A stretch of DNA of 64,000 bases. Origin: Nitrosopumilus sp. Its GTDB lineage: Archaea; Thermoproteota; Nitrososphaeria; Nitrososphaerales; Nitrosopumilaceae. Of the stretch, positions 31,443 to 39,759 are shown piece by piece; positions within the stretch are counted from its first letter, which is position 1; every line of letters begins with the position of its first letter. The position numbers were made by a program, and so were the translations under genes. The notes below the pieces were generated by a model. The model had not been told where the DNA came from, did no database searches, and was given only the letters and a program-made list of their open reading frames with translations. Location of the stretch: positions 1,152,001-1,216,000 of the forward strand of contig OZ240211.1 of the NCBI GenBank assembly GCA_965197525.1, written 5' to 3'.

Positions 31443-32594
31443 CTAATTTATATTAATATTGAGAACCTCGCACAGCGGATTTGCCTTGATGATAATCAGA
31501 TTAGAGTCGCTGGAACTCTTCTCAACTAGATCGGCGTCAAACTTTGAACACACAATAACGATTGTAATTTTGTCATCAAAGAACATATGAGAGCTTTGAT
31601 CAGCGTATGCTTCAACATCACCAATGTAATCACATAGTTTCGTCTTGAGAGTCTCTAACATGACGAGTTTGTCTCCGCGTATTGAGTACGGGTCAAGCGT
31701 CCATGATATGGCAACCTTTGTTTTACTTGCCTTGAGATTGTTGTTTTTGAGTGTTAAACGAGTTGTGTCAACTAACCGCTTCACATATGTATCAATTCCC
31801 TTTGTACTTGTATTAATCAGATACATCAGAGTGTTTGGACCTTCAAAGGATGTGCCAAGGGAACGCAAGTCAAACAGACCGCCTAACATCTCGTCGATGA
31901 ATATGTTCTGAAAACCAGTGGTGGTAAGATCCTGTTTTGGAATCTCTTTTTTAGCGTATTTGCAGACTTCCAAAACACTGGATATGGCAGAGAAACGAGA
32001 CAGGACGGTAATAATATGAAAGTATTCTGATGATGCCAAAGCAACAAACTTCTTTTTTGTGGTGCCGACTGAAAGCAGGTCAGCTAGTACGTCATCTGTC
32101 TTTGTACGAAACGAGCCAATAGTCTTTGGCGGATCGTATGGTTCCTCTAATGGATAATAAAAATAAGATATGTGTTTTCCTACACGGAAACCTGTAACAT
32201 GTTCCATATACGAGATATAGTCATTGTTCCCATCAAGTCCCGTAGGCAGACAAAAGATCACGGAACTGTTTTTTTTCATTGATGTTATGGCATCTTTGAA
32301 CTTTTGAAGGATTTCAGTCTTGAGATCCTGTCCTATCTTTCTAATCCTTGGAGTAAAAAACAGATACTTTGCCTTTGATATTGCGACATCGATTGGCTCC
32401 ACTGCAAGCAAGGGTTCGTCTTCTTTCAAGGCAGAGACATTAGGATAGGTTTTAGCGACTTCGGCGCTTAGCATAATTGCCGAAGGCGTCGATTCATCAA
32501 CGATGTAGACGGTAGCTCCTTTCATTGCCATTTGTGACGCAATGGTATAGCCTTCTGTACTGAGACCAAAAATAACAACTTTTGTGCTTGCCAT
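31443..32594 (-). CDS. Nucleotide-sugar dehydrogenase-like protein with degenerate motifs
   Basis: Start re-set to MASTKVVIFGLSTEG (Rossmann-like). UDP-Glc/GDP-Man dehydrogenase-like layout, but no GxGGxC catalytic motif. Confidence 0.6.
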   Translation of the reverse strand: MASTKVVIFGLSTEGYTIASQMAMKGATVYIVDESTPSAIMLSAEVAKTYPNVSALKEDEPLLAVEPIDVAISKAKYLFFTPRIRKIGQDLKTEILQKFKDAITSMKKNSSVIFCLPTGLDGNNDYISYMEHVTGFRVGKHISYFYYPLEEPYDPPKTIGSFRTKTDDVLADLLSVGTTKKKFVALASSEYFHIITVLSRFSAISSVLEVCKYAKKEIPKQDLTTTGFQNIFIDEMLGGLFDLRSLGTSFEGPNTLMYLINTSTKGIDTYVKRLVDTTRLTLKNNNLKASKTKVAISWTLDPYSIRGDKLVMLETLKTKLCDYIGDVEAYADQSSHMFFDDKITIVIVCSKFDADLVEKSSSDSNLIIIKANPLCEVLNININ

Positions 32595-32950
32595 CACAGA
32601 TAGTAAAGAATAGACTAAGAAAAACTTATTGAAGTTAGATGAATCCACGAGATTTTGGTTGTAAAGTGGTAATACTGGAAAGATCAGCATCTTGAGGAAT
32701 GTTAGGATTGCGTAAAGATGCATAAAAAGACAACATATGGTATTAAGACTTGTTTTAGGTTGATTGGAAATTATTTTACCATTTATTTTTAAAAACAGTC
32801 AAAAATGTTGCAGATAGTTTGACTAGAGTATTGCAATGTTGTGCACTATTCAATCTTAGGATGTTTCCAACTAGTTGTACATTGTTTAATCTTAGAGTGT
32901 TTTAGATGGGTATTAACTTGGGTTGGTAAATTCTCAAAATTAAGCATTTT

Positions 32951-33609
32951 TTATTCTGATATTACAATTATCGTTCCTAGCATCCACGGATGCACTATAC
33001 AGAAGTATGGATATTCCCCAACTTCAGTTGTAGACCATTCGTATGTGGAACCAGGCAATAGTAAACTGGTATCAAATACTGATCCAGAATTATCGTCTGA
33101 TATTAGGCCTGACACGGATGTGTGCGCTACGTTATCGGTGTTTGAGAAAATTACTGTTCCTCCAACACCAACTGTTGCTACACTTGGGAGGAAACATCCT
33201 TCTTCAGTGTCTTCACAGCCCGACACACTAGAACCCGACGCATTCTCAATTACTATCTCATTACCTGTATTTGTTGGCGGTGAGGGGGTTGGTGTAATGG
33301 GAGTAGGGTTTAAATTATTTTCAATCTCTAATTCTAATGCCTCTATCTCTAATTTCAGTTGTTGGTTTTTTGCTTCTAATTCTTGGACTCTTGGAATTGT
33401 AGGATTTAGAACGTCATTCTCAATTAAAAATTCTAATGCATCCATAAACTCTGAATCACTTATATCTTATCTTCAGCCCAAAAGCCAGCAATGCCCTTTA
33501 CCCAGCTTGGAATTATATTTTGTTGAGCTATTGCCTGATCTATAGCATAAACTGTAAACATAGATCCTGTTATTATGATACTTAGTATTATAACAGAAAT
33601 TTGTTTCAT
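32951..33609 (-). pseudogene. Secreted cupredoxin (blue copper) protein, split by a 2-nt frameshift at ~33461-33465
   Basis: 33609-33460 gives a signal peptide plus IPSWVKGIAGFWAEDKI*. The next frame continues SDSEFMDALEFLIEN... to a cupredoxin with H...C-x2-H-x2-M ligands (AHTS, YFCIVHPWM). Confidence 0.8.
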
Positions 33610-33822
33610 AAGATATACTCATCAGACTATATTATAAAGAAAACGTATTTTTACACTGTTCAATATTGTGTTTTATAGACATGATACATGCCAAAATTAC
33701 GATAATGGTGCCAAAGATGGACTGCAATCTTCTTGGATGTTTATGCTCCTTGTTTGTGTATGATTGAAAAAATGCAACATTGTATGATAACTTAATATTA
33801 ATTTCATTATCTCATAGCAACA

Positions 33823-35211
33823 TTGGATGAAGATAGGCGCAAGGGAGTACTGGATTTAGAGTTCTCAGAATGGGTAAAAAAGATCAAAAACAACAGTCTC
33901 AACGTTGCAGTGATAGGATTGGGCAGAATCGGACTGCCTACTGCCGTTACTATTGCACAAGCTGGCCTGCCAACTGTCGGGGCAGACATTAATGCCGAGA
34001 TTGTAAAATCGGTAAATAGCGGTAAACTGGTAGTAAATGACGAACCGGGATTAAAGGATGCATTATACAAAGTAGTCAAAAGCCAAAAACTTACAGCCAG
34101 TACAGAAATTGCCGTTGCAGTCAGAGACGCAGATGTAATAGTGGTCTGTTTGCCTACACCACTTGAGGCGGATTCTAAAAAAACCAACTATCAGTTTCTG
34201 CTTGACGGGTGCGCAGAGATTGCAAAACATATGGGGAGACAGTCATTAATCATCATAGAGAGTACGGTAGGACCAAACATAGTTGAGGACAAGGTCATAC
34301 CGATACTAGAAAAACACAGTAGCCTGACACCAAAAAAAGACTTTGGGGTTGTAGCCTGCCCTGAGCGTGCAAATCCGTCAACAATCATGACTGATTTTAG
34401 CAATATTCCCCGAATTGTAGGCGGCATAAATCAGAAATGTACCGATTTTGTGGTATACTTGTACGAATTTATCTTTAATACCAGCGTCATACCCGTCAGT
34501 GACTGCAAGACTGCAAATGCAGTCAAAGTGGTTGAAAACGTATTCCGTGACGTAAATGTTGCGTTCATAAACGAAATGGCAATTTTTTGTGACAGAATAG
34601 GAATAGATGTAAACGAGTTAATCAAGGGGTGTGATACAAAGTATAACTTTATTCCACATTTCCCAGGACCCGGCGTTGGTGGACCGTGTCTACCGGTAAA
34701 CCCTTACCAGTTGTTGGATGCGCCAGAAGCAGAAGATATTCTGCAATTGGTTAGAACTGCAAGAGAGGTAAATACACAGATGCCGTCCTATGTCATAGGC
34801 ATACTGACAGACTCTCTCAAAGAGATAGACAAAAATCACGCAGACGTTACAGTCGGAATATTAGGGATAGCATACAAACCAAATGTTGCAGATGTACAGC
34901 TAACGCCAATCAGAGAGATAGTCAATGGGTTGCAGGATATGAATGTAAAGAGCATAAAGATATTTGATCCATTTTTCATCAACGAAGAGTTCTCCGGAAT
35001 AAAGACAGAAGAGAGTTTAGAGATGCTTGCAAGGGACTGTGACGTATTGATACTGGGAACAGATCACGACGAATTCCTAAAACTAGACTACAAAAAGATA
35101 AAGGGACTGATGAGACAGCAGGGCATCATAATTGATACGAGGGGAAAGCTGTCACACTCTGATATTAGGGATGCAGGGTTGATATTTCATGGAATAGGGC
35201 GGCATGGGTAG
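33823..35211 (+). CDS. UDP-N-acetyl-hexosamine / nucleotide-sugar dehydrogenase (WecC/WbpA family)
   Basis: GLGRIG, CLPTP, IESTVGP, CPER, GPGVGGPCLP, GIAYKPNVAD. Confidence 0.93.
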   Translation: MDEDRRKGVLDLEFSEWVKKIKNNSLNVAVIGLGRIGLPTAVTIAQAGLPTVGADINAEIVKSVNSGKLVVNDEPGLKDALYKVVKSQKLTASTEIAVAVRDADVIVVCLPTPLEADSKKTNYQFLLDGCAEIAKHMGRQSLIIIESTVGPNIVEDKVIPILEKHSSLTPKKDFGVVACPERANPSTIMTDFSNIPRIVGGINQKCTDFVVYLYEFIFNTSVIPVSDCKTANAVKVVENVFRDVNVAFINEMAIFCDRIGIDVNELIKGCDTKYNFIPHFPGPGVGGPCLPVNPYQLLDAPEAEDILQLVRTAREVNTQMPSYVIGILTDSLKEIDKNHADVTVGILGIAYKPNVADVQLTPIREIVNGLQDMNVKSIKIFDPFFINEEFSGIKTEESLEMLARDCDVLILGTDHDEFLKLDYKKIKGLMRQQGIIIDTRGKLSHSDIRDAGLIFHGIGRHG

Positions 35212-35244
35212 TAGTAGTAGCAGCAGCAGTAACAACATAACCAG

Positions 35245-36006
35245 CTAAAAGTTTAGCTTACCGTACAGTTTTAAGGCGATTGCAAAAAATATGCCTGCAA
35301 GGCATGTCAAGGCAAGCATCTCAAAGAGAACAGTGTCTGTAACCGTACCAAATATACCAGCCCGCACGGTATCGGCAAGATATGTCAATGGATTTAGATA
35401 AAATGCAGTCCGTAAAGGTTCGGGGACGTTCTCGGCCGGATAAAATGTGGTACTAACAAAGGCAAAAAACAGAAACACGGTATTAATAATGACATTAAAC
35501 CCTTCACTTGAGCGTAATCGGAGTGAGATGATGGATGCCAGGGATCCGAACAGTATGGCACCAACTACTGCACAGAATACAATTAATGGAATGGTGAATG
35601 CAGAGAACTCTACTGATTCAAAGAATACAGGATAGCCAACAGCTGCAATCAGTACTGCACTTATCAGTCCGATAAGACCAATGGTGCAGATATTGCTAAT
35701 AATATAATGACTCTTTGTAAATGGCCCCACCAAAATTTGCTCAAACATGCCGTTTCGTTTATCATTCCACAAAATAATACCTGAGATAAGAGTACTATTC
35801 ATAATGTTAAACCCGATCATGCCTGATGCAAGAAATGCAGGATAATCCAACGACTTGCCATCAAATGGTATCTGGCTAATCAGGGGCGCATACGCAAACC
35901 CTGCAACAAAGATGTATATCAGAGGAAATATCACCTGCCAGATTAAAAATCCCGGATGCAGGGAGATTGTGAGGTTTCGGTTTACTAGCCTAATTATCGG
36001 GTGCAT
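35245..36006 (-). CDS. ABC-2 type transporter permease
   Basis: Six TM helices, FLASGMIG, NPLTYLAD; follows the ABC ATPase. Confidence 0.92.
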   Translation of the reverse strand: MHPIIRLVNRNLTISLHPGFLIWQVIFPLIYIFVAGFAYAPLISQIPFDGKSLDYPAFLASGMIGFNIMNSTLISGIILWNDKRNGMFEQILVGPFTKSHYIISNICTIGLIGLISAVLIAAVGYPVFFESVEFSAFTIPLIVFCAVVGAILFGSLASIISLRLRSSEGFNVIINTVFLFFAFVSTTFYPAENVPEPLRTAFYLNPLTYLADTVRAGIFGTVTDTVLFEMLALTCLAGIFFAIALKLYGKLNF

Positions 36007-37051
36007 CGTCTTCTTTATCCATCATTTTTAAAAAGATGTCTTCTAGGTTTATGGGAACGGCAGATATGTCCTGAATTGGTATTGCGTTATCATGTAGGAT
36101 CTTTAGTACTTGGGATAGTATCAACTCTGATTGCTCAGAGTTAATCACAATGTTGATGCCAGGCACGGTCTCTTTTGGGGCTTGGCCGTTGGTTTGGGCA
36201 GTAGATACATTAGCAGTATCTCTATTACCGTTACCAGCTACTACTGCTGCAGCGGCCTCAACAGCGTTATCAACTGTACACTCGGGTATATCATGCAACA
36301 GGGAAGCAACAAAAGATTGTTGTTGGGACACGCGAATCTTGATGGTCTTTGTCTGACCAAATCTGGTTTTTAATGCATTAGGAGAATCGACTGCCAGTAT
36401 TTTGCCGTTGAGAATAATTGCAACCTCGTCGCACAGATATTCTGCCTCAGATAAAATGTGTGTAGTATAAAAAACCGTCAGTCCCGCCTTTACCTTTTTT
36501 TTGATATAGTCAAGCAGCTTTCGCCTTGCATTAGGATCCAGTCCGGCTGTTGGCTCATCTAAGAACAGCAACTCCATATCATGCATAAACTCACGCGCAA
36601 CTTGAACGCGCCTTCGCTGACCAATGGACAGATCCTCGTTTTTCTTCTTGCGGATATCAGCCAGATCAAAATCCTTCAAGAGCTGCTCTATTCTTTTTTT
36701 GCGTTCAGATTTTGGCACATTCCACATCATTCCGTACTTGTCAAGTGCACGCTCAACTGAAAGGGTAGGTTCGTAACTTGGCTGCTGTAAAACAACCCCG
36801 ATCCTGTGACGAATTGATAACGGATCACTATACACATCGACACCCAAAACAGTCAGCGAGCCGTTTGTAGGTTTGATCAGGGTAGTGAATAATTTGATGG
36901 CAGTTGATTTTCCAGCGCCGTTTGGTCCTAAAAATCCAAATACCTGTCCTGTCTTTATGGATAATTTGATATCATCTACTGCACGTAGCGAGCCGTATGA
37001 CTTTGTCAGGCAATCTGCCTCAATACACGTTGTAGATGGTGATGATGACAC
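35990..37051 (-). CDS. ABC transporter ATP-binding protein (DrrA-like)
   Basis: GPNGAGKS, LSIGQ signature, LFLDEPT, TTH. Confidence 0.95.
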   Translation of the reverse strand: MSSSPSTTCIEADCLTKSYGSLRAVDDIKLSIKTGQVFGFLGPNGAGKSTAIKLFTTLIKPTNGSLTVLGVDVYSDPLSIRHRIGVVLQQPSYEPTLSVERALDKYGMMWNVPKSERKKRIEQLLKDFDLADIRKKKNEDLSIGQRRRVQVAREFMHDMELLFLDEPTAGLDPNARRKLLDYIKKKVKAGLTVFYTTHILSEAEYLCDEVAIILNGKILAVDSPNALKTRFGQTKTIKIRVSQQQSFVASLLHDIPECTVDNAVEAAAAVVAGNGNRDTANVSTAQTNGQAPKETVPGINIVINSEQSELILSQVLKILHDNAIPIQDISAVPINLEDIFLKMMDKEDDAPDN

Positions 37052-37175
37052 ACAGATGATTCGTTGTGCCTATTAATTTAGTTAGTGAGCTAGGTACAAA
37101 AAAATGCCTACAATACAAATCCCAGATGCCTAACAGTGAAATTGTTATAAATAGAGCGATGTCAAATAATTATGA

Positions 37176-38591
37176 ATGTCAGAATCAGACGATCTCCTCA
37201 ACAAGCTGCTAGAGCAGAGGCCAGAGTTGACAAAAGCAGAGGTAGAAGAGAAGATTCAGCAAAAAAAGGACAAGATTGGTGCAGGGTACCTAACTGACCA
37301 AGGAGCAATATTTCTAATTGCAGCAGACTATGGCATCTCGTTGACTGAGACCAAAAAGACAGAACTGAGTCTGAAGGATCTGTACGCAGGAGCAAAGGAC
37401 ATACAGCTAATGGCAAGAGTCCTAAGTGTTACGCCGACAAAAAACCTGACAAGAAAAGACGGCTCTCCCCTTTATTTGAGAATAATTACCATTTATGATG
37501 CAGACGCCACAGCAGACGTAAAGATATGGGACGATAATGCAAATCTGCCAGTCTTTGATACCTTGAAACCAGGCGATCTCGTCAAGATAGAAAAAGCATA
37601 TGTAAAATCAGAATTTGACGGTGCACTGGCAATACACATGGGTACAGGCGCAAACATAGAGGCAACCGAGAATGATGCAGGTAATAACATACCAGGCATT
37701 GATAGTGTAACCAAGGATGTCAGTGAACTGACAAAGGATGACAGGGATATTGTAGTAACTGGCATCAACGATGGTTTGATTGCAGAGATGCAGTTTACAA
37801 GCAGTAAAGGCAGACCTGGTAAAGCACTAAAGATGAGACTAAAGGGCAAAGACGGTACCACGTCACTGCGTGTGGTGTTGTGGGGCCAAGACGAGTCATC
37901 AATCCCAAATATAGTTTCAAGTACCGCCAAAGTAAAACTGATAGGCGTGAAAGTGAAGAGTACGGAGACTGGAATGGAGATTCATGGGAACGAAGGCACG
38001 GTAATTGAGATTGAAGGAAGCAAGGATGCGGAACCTGTAATAACTAGGATCCTAGCAAAAATTGATACTGCTAGTGACAAGAATTTCATACTAGCAGTGG
38101 ACAAGGACAAAAAGATATTCAACATTACAGACACAGCAAATGTTACTAATGGTATGTGTGTAGAAGGCGACATTATAGAGTGCATGCCAACAAAGATTTA
38201 TGGAAATTCAATGACGTTGGATGGAAACTCTTTTGTAAGAAAGCTAGACGGTGATGAGGCAAACGCACTCCCAACAATTGCCGAGCTACGAACAAAGATC
38301 AACGACATTAGCGCAGATATAACATGCTGTTTGGAGGGAATCATACTAAAGATATCAGATAGGCGTGAGATACAGACAAAGAGCGGAGAGACAGTTGCGC
38401 TATCTGAGATGTTCATCGAGGATGATACGGGACAGATATGGGTAAAAGGCTGGAGAGACAAGGCAATAGAGATTGACCAGTGCCAGTTAGGTGAAATCGT
38501 ATCAATTGTAGGAATAAGCGCAAGGCCGGGATACGAAGGAAAGTTAGAATTAACACTAAATGCGTTCTCTAGAATTATAAAAAAGAGTTAG
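37176..38591 (+). CDS. rpa: Replication protein A / multi-OB-fold ssDNA-binding protein
   Basis: Repeated OB folds (IYDADATADVKIWD; LRVVLWG; IEDDTGQIWVKGW) and an N-terminal GYLTDQGAIFLIA motif. Confidence 0.85.
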   Translation: MSESDDLLNKLLEQRPELTKAEVEEKIQQKKDKIGAGYLTDQGAIFLIAADYGISLTETKKTELSLKDLYAGAKDIQLMARVLSVTPTKNLTRKDGSPLYLRIITIYDADATADVKIWDDNANLPVFDTLKPGDLVKIEKAYVKSEFDGALAIHMGTGANIEATENDAGNNIPGIDSVTKDVSELTKDDRDIVVTGINDGLIAEMQFTSSKGRPGKALKMRLKGKDGTTSLRVVLWGQDESSIPNIVSSTAKVKLIGVKVKSTETGMEIHGNEGTVIEIEGSKDAEPVITRILAKIDTASDKNFILAVDKDKKIFNITDTANVTNGMCVEGDIIECMPTKIYGNSMTLDGNSFVRKLDGDEANALPTIAELRTKINDISADITCCLEGIILKISDRREIQTKSGETVALSEMFIEDDTGQIWVKGWRDKAIEIDQCQLGEIVSIVGISARPGYEGKLELTLNAFSRIIKKS

Positions 38592-38771
38592 GAATAAGCG
38601 TACAATATGTACGGACTCAAGATACGCAAAATGTAAGTGTTCATTTTTCACCTTCTTGTATAACTGCAACCGGTCTGCATGTCCATAAGACGGATCAAGA
38701 AGAGACGTGAACATTTGTCACAGAATAATATAACCTTAAGAGATAAAACCTACCGATAATGATGCAAGCTA

Positions 38772-39632
38772 ATGAAACGCGCCAAAAAGAAGGATATTCG
38801 TGAGGAGATGATCAAGAATATACTAGATGGTCTTGCAGTAAAGGAATTGGGGGACTTTGTGATCTCAGAGATAAGGAAAGATGAATCCATGTGTGGGAGA
38901 TTTCTATCACGATTTGGCGGAGTTGCAGGGTTGTCCATACGTAACTTTCGTAGGGAGATAAATGATGCATATCTTGACGTAGCGCCGGGATTTAACTTGG
39001 AACCTGATGAATTTATCGAGGATGCAAAAGAAATTGAGAATGCAGGAAAACCAGCAGAGGCCATCAAGGCGTTTCGTGGAATTGCAGATGGTATAGCAGA
39101 TAATGGTGACAGGTTAGATGAATCTGAGGCTTTTGACGTGGTGTATTTTAAGGAGGCCATACAGGGTATGGCCCGTTGCATAAATCAACAAAATATGACA
39201 CATCAAAAAAAACGCAAGTACATATTGTATCTGTTTGAGAAGATTAGAGACGAGTGCTATTATTATTGGGAGGGTGCGTGTATTCCCGCCCTCGAAGAGA
39301 TATGTACCTATATAAAAGATCTCAGATATTGGCTGGAGCTTTTAGAGTCGGCTACTTTGGATTATAAGAATAGAAAAGAATTTTATGAAGATTCTGACGT
39401 TGTACATATGATAGCACGCATGCAAACTTTTGTGCGCAAAAAGATTGGCAAAGAACCGTTAGAGGATATTTATCAGACCTATTACCTCATGAACCGTGAT
39501 GTATGTGTTGAATACGTCTCGTTTCTGGCAGAGTCAAATCCTGACAAAGCAAAACAGGTAGCCAGGGAGGGTTGTGATCTATTCTCTAGGATGGATAGTA
39601 ATAGTGTTATCTTCAAAGCTCTAAAGAGTTGA
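38772..39632 (+). CDS. Hypothetical helical (TPR-like) protein
   Basis: 286-aa open frame with no recognised catalytic motif; lies between rpa and lhr. Confidence 0.55.
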   Translation: MKRAKKKDIREEMIKNILDGLAVKELGDFVISEIRKDESMCGRFLSRFGGVAGLSIRNFRREINDAYLDVAPGFNLEPDEFIEDAKEIENAGKPAEAIKAFRGIADGIADNGDRLDESEAFDVVYFKEAIQGMARCINQQNMTHQKKRKYILYLFEKIRDECYYYWEGACIPALEEICTYIKDLRYWLELLESATLDYKNRKEFYEDSDVVHMIARMQTFVRKKIGKEPLEDIYQTYYLMNRDVCVEYVSFLAESNPDKAKQVAREGCDLFSRMDSNSVIFKALKS

Positions 39633-39759
39633 TTTTTGAATCTATTTGATTGCACGTAACGTTCATGTCCTTTGTTGATTCTTACTTCAAAAACGTATGA
39701 TTGGAAATGATTAGGCATTATTGCAGGTGGACTCGAATAGCTACAAATAAAATTATCAG

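Noticed and set aside
32595-32723. 43-aa N-terminal extension of the dehydrogenase-like ORF
   Set aside because: The Rossmann-like strand begins right after the Met at 32594; the upstream part looks like promoter/UTR.
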